From Rhodosorus marinus CCMP1338 (taxonomy: Eukaryota; Plantae; Rhodophyta), in assembly GCA_029953675.1 (NCBI GenBank), contig JAMWBK010000002.1:2480001-2544000 (forward strand): 64,000 bases of DNA, written 5' to 3'. The translations under genes and the position numbers were made by a program. This document shows, piece after piece, positions 39,407 through 51,350 of this stretch (position 1 is the first letter of the stretch; the number at the start of each line of letters is the position of its first letter). Below the pieces are notes generated by a model that was not told where the DNA came from, did not search any database, and was given only the letters and a program-made list of their open reading frames with translations.

Positions 39407-40234
39407 ATGAACCAGAACGCATTCGGAGGTGGGTTTGGGGCCACCAATAACAACAATGGAAATGGAGGAGTTTTCTCGAGACTTGGAGACAACAACAACA
39501 ACCAGATGGAAGGCGGAAATAGATCTAGTGGTGGAGCAGGATTTCAAGGGGACAGGTCGGGCCCTAGAAACAGTCAAAACTCGAGGGTTTGCAAGTTTTG
39601 GCTTAAGGGTACTTGCAACTACGGGGCAAACTGCAAGTTTGAACATCCGACGGGTGCGAATCCTGGTGGTCAAAGCATGTCAAATCCTCAGAACAACACT
39701 ATGCGCGACGGAGGGCACAATGCGTTTGGGAACAATAATAATAACAACGCCTTCGGCGCCGGAAGAGGCAATAGCAATAATACGTTTGGTGCTGGTGGAG
39801 GAGCAGGGTTTGGAAACGACAATAATAGGAATGGTTTTGGATTCGGAAGTACTAGTGTAGGAAACAATAGCGGTGGCAAACAGAAGAGCGTATGCAGGCA
39901 TTGGTTGAAAGGACAGTGCAAGTTCGGACCAGAAAACTGCAAATATGAGCATCCCGCAGCACAGGAGGAATTGATCCTTGAGGACCTAATGAATGGAATA
40001 CCCCAGTGGCCATTATCTGGGTACGGAAGGAAGAACCAAGCATCTGTTGTTGTTGGGGACGTCTCCCCGGAGGAGTTACGTGTCTCCGGATACGCCGCCG
40101 CGTTCAGCGGAGCTACCAAGGATGCAATTGTTGAGTCAGAGGCTCAGGCCGTTCAAGCGCAAAAACAAAAATTCATTACCGTTGTAGATGAGAACAAAGC
40201 AAAGATTGAGAGCATCAAACGGAGCTATACCTGA
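39407..40234 (+). CDS. CCCH zinc-finger FG nucleoporin, NUP42/NUPL2/Amo1-like; intronless
   Basis: Two C-x7/8-C-x5/6-C-x3-H fingers ('CKFWLKGTCNYGANCKFEH', 'CRHWLKGQCKFGPENCKYEH'), about 9 FG motifs in a G/N-rich background, and 'QWPLSGYG...DVSPEELR' as in NUPL2. Confidence 0.75.
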   Translation: MNQNAFGGGFGATNNNNGNGGVFSRLGDNNNNQMEGGNRSSGGAGFQGDRSGPRNSQNSRVCKFWLKGTCNYGANCKFEHPTGANPGGQSMSNPQNNTMRDGGHNAFGNNNNNNAFGAGRGNSNNTFGAGGGAGFGNDNNRNGFGFGSTSVGNNSGGKQKSVCRHWLKGQCKFGPENCKYEHPAAQEELILEDLMNGIPQWPLSGYGRKNQASVVVGDVSPEELRVSGYAAAFSGATKDAIVESEAQAVQAQKQKFITVVDENKAKIESIKRSYT

Positions 40235-40412
40235 AAAGGAAAAACAGAACGTATTTCGAAATAGGAAACTGAAGTCAAGAAAATCACCGAAATAAAAATT
40301 CTTGTAATTATTTCTAGAAATGGAATTGGTAATTGTGCCCGCTCAAACACTCCCTGATCGACTATGTAGATGTAGCTGCTAGGCTCTTTCGCACGAAGCC
40401 GGTTGCTTTCCA

Positions 40413-41342
40413 ATGGTGCGGGGAGCCATTCCCGATGGCGAAGTCGGCGCTGGAGGAGCTGCGGTTAATGAGGAGGAAACATCCGAACATGTAAGAAGGC
40501 AGCTCAAGCAAGACTTGCACATGCGTTTCACGAGTTTCACCAGTTCTAAAGGCCTACTCCGTGTCGTGTCTTATGCTCTTACGCAGCGATGAGGTTGGAC
40601 TAGTTCATTTGCCTGGCGAACAATACTTTCTGCTGGAGGACGAAAAGCTTGGAATAGGCGTGCACATAGTCAAGACTATTTTTCTCGAGGCGAGAGCTCT
40701 ACTGAAGAAATCGACGAATGAGGATGAGGCTGAGAACGCATCGTTCGCGGCTGTCCTTCTCAACCCGGATTACTCGCCAGCCTGGACGATAAGGTTAGTT
40801 TGACTTTGGCTGCTCTAGGCCGCGACGGACAGCATCAATAGCTAATCAGGTTTGACGTCGATGAACCGAACAGGAAAGATCTGGTCCGAAATGGATTCAT
40901 CTCCGAGTCGAGGGAACTTTTTGTTAACGCTGTAGTCCTCTGTAGGTCCTCGAAGGAATTCGAACCTTGGGCTCATCGCCGTTTTCTGCTGAACAGGATA
41001 GAATGGACCACAAAAACGAGGGAAGTTGAGGTAGGACTGTGCTCGAAAGCAGCGGCAGCAAAAGGTTGCAACTACTATGCTTGGACGCATCGAATCATAG
41101 TAGCCAACTCGATGAGCACGGATGAGCTTCTCTCAGAGAACGAGACAGTGCTGCAGTTCCTGACACTCCACGTGAAGGACTGCTCAGCGTGGCATTACCG
41201 GCGATACCTGCTACAGCGGTTAGGACGTCTCAACGAGGACAGATTCGCGGAGGATGTTGCCAAGCGCTATGGGGAGAGCCAGTCAACGAAGGCGCACCTC
41301 AAAGCAATTGCTCAGTATCAAGCGCTCATGAGGACGGACTAA
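40413..41342 (+). CDS. Protein prenyltransferase alpha-subunit repeat protein (PTAR1-like) (3 exons)
   Basis: 'DEVGLV', 'AVLLNPDYSPAWTIR', 'EPWAHRRFLL', 'NYYAWTHR' and 'DCSAWHYRRYLL' are PPTA repeats. Confidence 0.82.
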
Positions 41343-41605
41343 ACTCTAACCGACTGTTGTCGATCAACTGGACTACTACTGCTAAGAGGAATAGGCTAAG
41401 AATGAAAACAGACCGCAAGCGGCTTTGGGACTAAAAGTAGTAGACGTCTTCACCATCCACCGCCACTGGTTATGCAAGGCGTCATCCCCACTGAGAAAGC
41501 CAAGCAGAGACGAACAAATATACCACCACAGCGCTTGTGACGCACGTTCCTCTCTCTGACTTGGTTTCGGTTCAGTTGGCAGACTGCTCCAAGAACCAAA
41601 AAGGA

Positions 41606-41685
41606 TGACGAGAGTGGGATTCGAACCCACGCCCTTTCGGACTGGTGCCTTAAACCAGCGCCTTAGACCGCTCGGCCATCTCGCC
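41606..41685 (-). tRNA. tRNA-Leu (anticodon AAG), intronless
   Basis: GGCGAGATGGCCGAGCGGTCTAAGGCGCTGGTTTAAGGCACCAGTCCGAAAGGGCGTGGGTTCGAATCCCACTCTCGTCA folds as a cloverleaf with a long variable arm and A/B boxes. A T5 Pol III terminator follows. Confidence 0.97.
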
Positions 41686-42835
41686 TTATGCGAAGGGATG
41701 GTTTCTTTCTATTAATATACTAAATTTGGATTGAACCCCATGGAGAGCGGGACTGGTCTTGGACTTTTCATGACCGCATGTTCGTTTAATATGTCTCCAC
41801 ATCTACTTGAACGTTGAGACATACGAGTATCTTAACTGTGAAGGCCATATAGCCGCATTGGAGAGAACGTCTTACTTATAGGTCATCGGTACACGGTTGT
41901 TCAGATTCTTCCAAACCGAGGGAAGTACCTGTGCCAGACGCTTGTCTTCCTGGAGACTGAAGTATCTAAAACGCGGATAGTTTAACTGACCGGCATATCC
42001 CTCTCGGTGGCGCCGTGGCGGGCGCGCAGCTTTACCTCAATGGATTCGGATTCACCAAACTAGATCAATACGTACAAGGAAAAGCGGGCATGAGAACCCA
42101 AACAGAATGTTATTAAGCACCTCCATATGTGCCACAATGCCAATACCAAACCTCATTGCTACTTCCGCAGCGCACCTGATCGAGTAGAAGCAAAAATCCC
42201 TCGAAATCAAGTGCATTAGTGTACTTTTGCGCAGTATGAGCGAAGAACTTGTTCCTGTCCTTCCCAGATTTGTTCCAGGTCAAATCTAACGTCTAACACC
42301 AAATATCCGTTTGCGTCCCAAAATATAACCCAACCTAAAAAAAGTTATTAATATCCGTATTTTAGAATTCCGCCTTTCCATCTTACCCCCTAGCATATTC
42401 ACAAGAGGCAATTCGAATCCGAGTGATGGACTTGACATCTAGATTTAAGATAAATATATCTTTAGACCAATCTATTGTCTAAATATTGACCTGGCTGAGA
42501 AACGGAGGTGGGATTGCGCAGATCAGCATCGAGCTATTATCGCGTTGGGGATGATGTACTTGGGAGCGTTGGTATGCGTACGTTTCTTACCCTTGACGGA
42601 TATCCGTTCTCGTTGTTGGGTTTTCGGATTGTCTTGAGCATTTGTTTTTGCTATCCTGAAGTCCAACTTAGAGGACGGATTAGTTAGCGGTACGAGCTTT
42701 TTTTGTGGGTTTCTTTTGCGATTTCTTTTGGTGTTGGTGGTTCCGCCTGGTTGATTGTGGGGTTGGAGGGGAAAGGGGGGGTGGGGGGTGGTGGTGAGAT
42801 TTATATCTTTTTATCCTGGTGGAAGGTGATTGCGG

Positions 42836-43549
42836 ATGGGAGTCTCAGAGGGCAGCAGAACATGCGCTGGTTTTATACCCGCTGGGAGCGTGGTTGGTGA
42901 AGGTAGGAGGAGAAATGGGTTTGTGTGTAGCAGGAGACCGAGCTATCAACGGACGCTGCCGGTGAGGCAAGCGGAAATCGTGGAAAGTTCGGACGCTGTT
43001 CTGGACCAGCAGGTTTCTAGCTCTGTGAGATCTGCCCAATGGGTTTATGGTTGATGCTACTAGTAGGATAGAGATATGCTGACCTTCAATGCTGGTTGCT
43101 TGCTTGCTGCCTCAGGACACGCCTGTGCTGGTTGACTTTTACGCTCAATGGTGTGGGCCATGCAAGCTCCTGAACCCCATGTAATGCTCAAACCCAGTAT
43201 AGGTAATATGGTTGTTTGTAGTTTCTCCTAAACTCACGCTGGTTTTCTCTTGCACGTTTTCCGGTGAAGATTGGATTGGGCTTCAGAGGAGTATGGGAGT
43301 GGGCTCAAAATATTGAAGATTGACGCGGATACGAACAACAAATCAGGTACGATCCGACGCCTATTATGAAATGACTATGGATAGTGACTGAAGTCGGGCT
43401 CGTTCCTATCTGTCACTGACACAGTGGCGAAGTACAACATCAGCGCGCTTCCAACGTTGATACTTTTCAAAAATGGAGAAATGAAATCGCAAATCGTCGG
43501 GGCTGTTGCCAAGTCGAGAGTATCCGAGTTCTTGAAGGAAAATATTTGA
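42836..43549 (+). CDS. Plastid thioredoxin, probably x-type (4 exons)
   Basis: Transit-like exon 1, then '[40 protein letters not shown]...[12 protein letters not shown]'. Confidence 0.9.
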
Positions 43550-43712
43550 CCCCCAATGTAGCAATAAAAGCTTGGGACTTCGCTGCAGTCCAACGTAGAG
43601 GCGCCTTCAGTTGCAACTTTGTGACTACAATAAACAGCTATTACACAGTTTTAATGAGTAGTGAGTAATATACTGGAATCTTCACAAGTTTTTGATATCA
43701 AACTGGACAAGG

Positions 43713-44983
43713 CTAGAAATACATATCCGGAGGTGGGCGGTCGTGGTCAGGATCAGGTCCAAATCGCGATGGATCGAAAGAACCGCCAGGAGCACCGGGT
43801 GGTCCGAATGGATCAAACCTAGCCCCTGGTGGTACGGCACCCCTGCAGTGAGTCACGGAAGCAAGACTTTTGAGACTCTTCTCTCTTTACACCAACTGAT
43901 AGCACACGAACTTACCTCGGGAGTCGGGGACCACCGAGCCCAGGATCAGGATCACGCCGCGGCGCGAACATTGGATGATCAGGGCCAACCAAGGAGCCTC
44001 CGCCTGGGCCTCGCGTACCAGGAACCGCGGGGTACATTCCGGGTCTGCCATGGCGACAATAGAAATCAAGAACGTCTGTTAGTTAAATGTGAGGAGGGCA
44101 AACGACTCTTCAGAATCAATCCTACTCATACAGTCCAGAGGGAATAAGGTCGTCACCCCCAACCGGATTAAACCGGGAGTCAATTCCCGCGTAACCGGGT
44201 ACTCTGGGCGGTCCTATCCGAAGCGGGTCGTCCTCGATAACTCCAAGCGGGCGTGAAGGTTGCGGTTCTGGCATCTGGCTGGCAGATGAAGCTTGAGCCG
44301 TCTGTGCTCCTGACTCTCGTGAGCCCTTTGAGCTCTCCGGTACCAGTTTGTACGCAATCTCCAGCTACCAGGTAGAAGAGGATGTTAGCGAACCAAAGCT
44401 GTAATTGCATTGAACTCTCCCGTGATGATTACCTGTACTACAGAGGCCAGGTCCTGAACATTCTTGAACGAACTGTCCCAATTCATCTCTTCAGCATCAA
44501 ACTTTGCATCATCTCGAACGTAGGAATCAAGCCTCAAATCAGCCGTGTAGGTTTCTTTATCCTGTTCCACAATGGTCGCAGTAGCCAACAATCGACCCCC
44601 CAGGGGTACCATCCGCAGTTCAAAGTTGAGCCCGCTCTGGTAGTGCTTGTACAACCCTCCATATCCGGCCGAATTCCAATTCTCAGGTACTTTCTTCTCG
44701 GGTACTTTTCAGATAAAGCAGAACATTCACCGAACGAGATATGGTCGGGTCAGTCCAGCATCCCATGACTACTGCAGACTTTGGCGAAGCTCAGAGAGCC
44801 GCGGCACTTACCATTCTCAGCACCTGGCTCAGGAGCTGGGCATGAGGCAGGCCTAAAACCATGCTGTAAAAGGACAGCGTGCACGAAGAAAGCAGCGGCC
44901 TCGTGCCTATCCTTCGGAGGACTCTTAACTGTACCGCTCAACCACTGCAGCGCCCCAGCGGCAGCTACTCCAGCGCTAACCAT
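43713..44983 (-). CDS. PSMF1: Proteasome inhibitor PI31 (about 5 exons)
   Basis: N-terminal FP domain 'AAAFFVHAVLLQHGFR'; Pro-rich C-terminus 'DPLRIG..VGGDDLIP', 'GGSLVGPDHPMF', 'GAVPPGARFDPFGP' and 'PDPDHDRPPPPDMYF'. Confidence 0.87.
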
Positions 44984-46466
44984 GGTCGTTCTACAAAACG
45001 AAAAATCTGTCTCGCAACCACGTACAAACCTCCTTGCACATAGGAGAAGCAAACAAAAAAGAAAAAAAACCAGCCACCCACACACACACACAAACTCGCA
45101 ACTTAATCCCGGTGGTTTGTTCACCCACCAAAACAAAAACAAAACCAAACAGATCCAACAAACTTCACTCCACTTCAGCGATCCTCAAGTTCCTAGTCCC
45201 CAGAAACCTTCCCAAACCATTTCCTTCCTCTCCTCAGCCCCAAACCTTTCCCAACAGCTCCTTCCTCCTCTCCCCATCCCCTCTCCCGAAGAGCTCTCCT
45301 CAAAAACCCTTCTCAATTCTCAACCTCCTTCCCCTTCCTTCCCCCCCGCGGGAAAAAAATCACATTTCGGAAGTCACCAAAAAGAAAAATTACTACCCAT
45401 AAACCAAAATCACCCAAATTTTCAACAGTAAAATAATTTAAATAAATATCAATTATTTTGATTACTATTTACATGTCATATACCCCCTCTCCCCCACGTT
45501 TCCTTTAACCCGTTGTTTAGTAGCAGCTAAACAAAAAAATTGTGAACCCGTTGTGTTCTTTTTTTGGGGGTATTGTCTGGCACTTGGTATTTTTGAGAAG
45601 ATACACTCACAAAAATCCATGGGGCGTTTCTAGTCAGTGCTTGACATTTGGCACCGTAGCATTGGCCATCTCTTCAATGTCTCGGAAATAATTTGTGCAA
45701 AATTGGAAATCAGTGGATCCGGGTTCGTGGTGCTGTTAAGGTGGGGAATGATAATCCAGTGAGTTTTCGACACGTGTTGTTTGTTTTATCTGGTAATGTG
45801 TGAGAGGGGGAGAGGTGTGGGGGGGATTGGGGGTTAAGGATTGACATTGACGGGGTGTCTCATCGGTTTGGTACCGCTGATCATGGAATGCTTTGGTCTT
45901 CTTACACTGTGTTGCTTTCTAGCTGGCTTCCTCTCGTTTTTCACAATGCGCACGGCCGTCTGGACAGCCAGCCTCCTCACGAAACTGTCTGTGACTCTCT
46001 GGGGTTGTTGAACGCTGCTTTGTTTTTTTGGGAGGGCGGTCTATCAAGCGTCCGGGATGGGGAAAGTGGAGAGTGAGAGGCCGATGGAAAGAGTCAGGTT
46101 TTTTGTACCATGACGTTAGAAGGAGGCTTTTTGTGAACCTCTTAATGACTGTGGTTAGAGCTCCTGTACTTCTTCGATGTACAGCTTTTTATTGGGACTG
46201 TTGGTTAGAATTTGGATTAGGGTTGTGTGTGGCTTGGTGGAGTGAATGGGAGGAGACGTATCTGTCCGCATGTTCAAGAAAATGTCTGTCTGGCAGTTTT
46301 ATGCCTTCGATGGTTGAACGTTAGAGTTGTCAGGCAACCGTGACGTCGATTGGAGGCTGCCTCCATTGAGAGCTTTTTCGTGTTTTCCGTGAGTCCAGTA
46401 TGCGAATTTGTGAAAGGCATGCTTGATTTCGCTTTGTTGCATGGTGTCGAAAGTGGAAAATCCTAG

Positions 46467-47649
46467 TTACAAGTGGGGATTTTGGAAGAACTGCTCAGGA
46501 TCTTCTTGCCAGACTTCGTCCTTCAGGTTTTTGGCGAGTCTTTCCGACACCAGGTTAAAGTTGACCCCAAACTTGCCGAGTTCACCGGTGTACATGCGCT
46601 CGTACTTGTAGACGCGCACCAGCATCAAGGATAATATGTTAAGATAATACCACTCGAAGGTCTCCTCATCAGAGATGCCCACGCTTGTAATCAGATGTGC
46701 GTTGGTTTTCATGCAAAAGGAAACGACCCCTTGCTGCCAGTCCGGAAGAACTACGATATTGGCTTGCGAAAGCTCCTCACATAGTGACACATCGTTTGGA
46801 CCATTATACACTTTGAAATTAGCTTTTTCTGAGCGGAATCACATGCAAAAAAAATTCAGACTTGGTAGGAACGCGGGTCGCGGTCGAATGCCTTTTGTAC
46901 TGTCGTTTACCTTCTTCAGCTGTTTTCCTTAGCTTGGACAAAAGTTCGGTGTCCTTGTACAGGAAAGAGGTTGGCACGTAAAGGACGGTTCTGACGCTCG
47001 TGTTCACTTTCTCATCCACGGTATAACCCATTACTGCCTCCTTCATGAATGCAACGGTGGCTGCATTTGCCTCCCGCGGAAGGCGAAGTGGAACGCTTCT
47101 GTCAACGAAATAGTCTATTTTCGCGTCTATCATCCCTGAACTCGCTCCTCGAATACCTCTCGACGTTGAGAATTTCCATACAACGGGGGCTTGAAGAAAT
47201 CCTCCGACACGAAATTTGGCTTCGAAGCAATAGATTTGTGACTCATTTCCGTTCATAAACGCCACCATCCTATTCAGCAATTCCTTCGTCGACTGTGGAA
47301 TGTAATATATCTGTCTTATCACCGCTCGGACCTTCTTTTCCCCTCCCACGGCACATGTCGTATATACCTGCGCCACTTGAAACAGACAGTTTTTGATACC
47401 GTCGAAAGGAGTAGCAACTCCACCCTCAACCGCAATCTCGATCGCATTTTCCGTACACGCCAAGTTCTGGTCAACCCGGAAGACTCTATTCCGGAGACGA
47501 TCGGAACCATAACAAAAACCAGGAATCACCCACGTCGGAATGTCCGCGTTTTTTCTCCAATCTCGCCATGCAACAGCAGCCCCGAAGTCAGTGAAAACCA
47601 ACAACACAGCCGCCAGCAACAGCGCCGTATTGGTCAGTATCAATTTCAT
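46467..47649 (-). CDS. Secreted/ER-targeted protein of unknown function, about 375 aa (2 exons)
   Basis: Signal peptide 'MKLILTNTALLLAAVLLVFTDFGAA'. One GT-AG intron near 46827-46859 joins ORF 46819-47649 in frame with ORF 46467-46811. Confidence 0.7.
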
Positions 47650-48343
47650 GACCTAAACACAACGGGAGACCAACACCGAAGTTCGACGAGCCTCACTACA
47701 GCTCCAAACTTGTTACATGGAGCCGGCTAACCTACATTAGAACATAGCCTCATTCGGTTTTTTTTGCGAGTAAAATAAAAATAGTTTCAGAAATCGAGCC
47801 GCAAGATGTACTTGCAAGCGACTCTCAGACCAGAAGAGCAGCACAGATAGAGACCTCAACAACTAGCTGATCAAGGCTGCACTATCCAACAGCACCCTCA
47901 ACGTCCATTCCCGTCGCAAGAAGATCCGACCCCAAAATGCATCGATCAAGAAGCCCTCAATCGGTTTGTGCCGCAGATCTCTAACCTGCGGTTGAGTCGG
48001 GAATCCAAAGTTTTCCAGCTTCAGGCTTATGGATGTTTACAGGCGACTGGCATTAACCCATCCAGCTGGTTGAAGGACACAGCTGCAAGGGTCAGTCGCT
48101 CGTCAACGTTCCCGGCTGCTGAAGCAGTGGTCATCGGATGACTCCGATTTTGGCTCCGACAGTTATGTTTCAACCAGCTGGATGGTGGTAAACGACGGCG
48201 ACCAGTTCTGAGACAAGTTTCTACGACTGTTCTACAATGCTTGGCATTGGGTGTTTCAAACCCAGGCAGCGATCTCGTCGTGTGGTGAACGAGTTCGGCG
48301 GTAGGATTGCTCAACACCCCGCCATTCAGCAAGGGGCGTCTTA

Positions 48344-48466
48344 ACGTCGGACGTTTTGACTGTTTTTTCTTTTTACATACTTCCAGTGGAGTCCTCTGTC
48401 TTGACGTATGACATCGATTTCTTTCTGAGTTCCACGTCGTGACGTCTGACGCCAGAGTTTTGACGT
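48344..48466. promoter_or_regulatory. Cluster of ACGT-core (bZIP-type C/G-box-like) elements upstream of NudC
   Basis: ACGT at 48344, 48351, 48404, 48434, 48442 and 48463, plus TGACG at 48447; three are in TGACGT context. Confidence 0.4.
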
Positions 48467-48718
48467 AGGGCGCACCAAAGAAAGACTATAAAGACGAAAG
48501 CCTGGAAGCCAGGGTGTGTGGCTTTCATCGAAGAGCTGGAGCTGGTGAGTGAGCCGCCGAGTAGATTTTGAAGCAGGTCGAGTTGATTTGAGTCTGCAAA
48601 GATTTAGGAAATTTTCCCGCAGGAGTGAGCTCCACTTTGGCGGCGGGTGAAGCTAGGCGGGAGGGCGAGAGCGAAGATCAAGCGGCTGCAGTAGCTGGCC
48701 AAAGAGGGATTTGATAAT

Positions 48719-49905
48719 ATGATGGCGTTCGTCAATGAGCTCGGAGTCGCACGTTCGAGGAGGCTCGTGAAAGCGGCTTGTAGTGCTCAGCGAGTATTCT
48801 TCTCTGTGCCAGAGATGGATCGGAGCTTCGACGGAAACAGCCCCGCGGAGGGGAAGGAAGTTTATGTCCCTGTCGTTGACGGAAACCTCAATCTGATCAA
48901 GACTGGAGCAGGGGCTACTCAGAGGAGGATGCCCGTGATGTTAGATCGGGGTCAGGTAGAGCGCTTCAATGGAATCAGCAAATTGGAAATTGCCAAATTG
49001 GGCGATCTGGACGGCACAAGGTACTGCTCTTCAACAGCAGGGTAGTGGTAATGAACTGCAGCTGAAACCTCTGCGTTTTTTGAAAGATATTTCGCAGTGG
49101 ATCTCCCAGACCGAGAACTCTTTGGCAGCGTCCTAGACGGGGCGGAAGCTGTGAGCAGGATTCCTCTGATTGTGCAAGACATGGACGAGAAACAAGTCGC
49201 AGTTCTTTCTTACGCAAGAGGCCTGATGTGGTTTCACCGAAACACCAGGTACATTGCGTTCCATGAGTTCCATGTTTTTTTTGGATCGAATCAACAGTCC
49301 TGAATCCGGTCATCTTTCTAGATTTTGCACCGCGTGCGGGTCGACGATGAATAGTGTCAACGAGGGTAGGAGCCGAGCTTGCGAAGGTTGTGAAAAAACT
49401 GTTTACCCGAGAATCGATCCGGCCGTGATCACACTAGTTGCAAACGGCAACGAGTGTCTTCTTGGTAGAAAGGCGTCTTGGCCTAGGGGAAGGTAAATTC
49501 AGCGCAATTCTCGCCGTTCGAAACTGGTTTGATGTTTCAGTGTGCTCACACCCGTTCACACGGTTTAGGTACAGCTTGCTTGCCGGTTTCACGGAGGTTG
49601 GCGAGACCCTTGAGGACACGGTATATAGGGAGGTAAAGGAAGAGAGCGGGGTGGATATTGATCGGAACAGCGTCAAATACCACAGCAGTCAACCGTGGCC
49701 GTTTCCTCGGTCCCTGATGATTGGGTTCTCAGTGAACGCGCTTTCGACAAAGATCAAGCGAGACGAAAACGAGCTGGAGGACGTAAGATGGTTTGACAAG
49801 GAGTTTATTCGTGCCAGGTTAAGAACGGGGGGCAATGAAGAGTTCAATATTCCACCGAAGTACGCTCTCGCGAACAGAATGATCAGTGAGTGGATCGCGG
49901 AGTAG
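48719..49905 (+). CDS. NADH pyrophosphatase NudC/NUDT12-13 family, organelle-targeted (4 exons)
   Basis: Zn-ribbon 'FCTACG...CEGCEKTVYPRIDPAVI', Nudix box 'GFTEVGETLEDTVYREVKEESG' and NudC signature 'SQPWPFPRSLMIG'. Confidence 0.93.
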
Positions 49906-50120
49906 TTGTGGGAAAGAGCAATATCGAAACGAGGTCCCGCTGTGAAAGACGTCGCGAAAATGCGGAAAAGATGGATCTCACTAGTTCATAAGTTATCAGA
50001 ATACCATACTTTAAATAGACAGATTCCCAGCAGCGACGTCGTGCTGACTAGAGTTCTTCCTCTGCTTGAACTTCCGGCACTTTTTTCACCAGAACCTCTC
50101 GCAGATGCCGTAGATCAGAT

Positions 50121-51350
50121 TCAATTTGGTTCCCCATATGAGCTCTCACCAGACCATATGGGTCGTCGACAATCTCCAGCTATTGTACGAAACATGAAGA
50201 TGGGCTAGTTCGGTCAGGAAACTGCTATGAAAGCAAAATCGCATTGCAAAGCAGCAGGGGAATGGCACCGATACCTCCTGTAGATGCTGGTCCTTCCCAC
50301 TTCCCTTCTTGATATCCTCAAAACTCCATATATTCTCTCCGCCTTCAAGCCCTTTCGTTTTTACATCCACAGCCAGGATACCAGCATCCTTTCCAGAAAC
50401 GCTCTTGCTGACCTAGCAGGCACAGAAAAAGTGCATCATGGCAGGTCAATGAGTCCAGAACCTTCAAAGAACCTCGATTGCGGACGGAGTTCACTCAAAA
50501 GTCCATCGGGTCAGTGCCTAATCGTTCTTCTTACGGTGCTGATCAGGGGGAACTTTCGAATCACTCTTCTTACGGCGCTTTGATCTAAACCCCTCTCTCG
50601 CTCATCATCCCACAGGTGCCAATCGATCTCTTCTAGAACCTGACTTGAGTAAGCTCTGCCGAGGCCAACACTCGCGGATACTTCCAAGTAAGCTGTGTGG
50701 TACCTGTGAAGATTCCAGTGCGAAAAATTGTCCTGGACTTGGTTCAGCATATGTTGTGTGTGTGACACGCTGTGAGCGAATCATTGTAGAGCTTCTCGCT
50801 TGCTGCTCACCCAGCGGTATATACAAGAGTCTCGGAACCAAGATCGAAGAAGTATACGTCCTTTAGACCCCACACGTGAATTCTGTCCTCGACGAAAGCT
50901 TTCTTCAACGAGATGAAGTATTGCGCGTTCACGAGATCATCTGAACCGATCTGAAAGGAGCAGAAGGACATAGCTTTGATGCGGTGAGACTCTGTAAAAG
51001 ATCATGTGCTTTTGCTTCAAGGACGCGCTTACAACAGAGACAGCATCGGGAGATATTTCTCGTATTTTACGAAGCCCTGCGTTGTGTTTTTTGCCGAGGG
51101 GGCTGTTCTCTTCCTCCAGGTACATCATCCCGTATCTACGGGCGAGTTTCTCGGAAGCTTCCCCCTCGGAACCGACAACCAAAGTTGATATGTGCATTCC
51201 TCCCACGTTCAAGCTCGCCAGCTGCTTCAGGACCAAGCTCGCCAGCTCATGGCGTCGCCAGACCAGAACCAGAACCGCCAAGCGAAAATCGGCGATCGCG
51301 ATGCAGTTCGTCAACAGACAAGCCACAACCAGCACCCAGACAGGAGCCAT
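50121..51350 (-). CDS. GT-A fold (GT2-like) glycosyltransferase with N-terminal signal/anchor (5 exons; 3' end approximate)
   Basis: Spliced reading 'VLVWRRHEL...VVGSEGEAS..LA..YG..Y.E..NSPLGKKHNAG..../IGSDDL..VYFFDL../GLGRAYS..LEEIDWHLWDD....GLDQS../AVDVK....NIWSF'. GSDD is the DxD-type motif. Confidence 0.7.
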
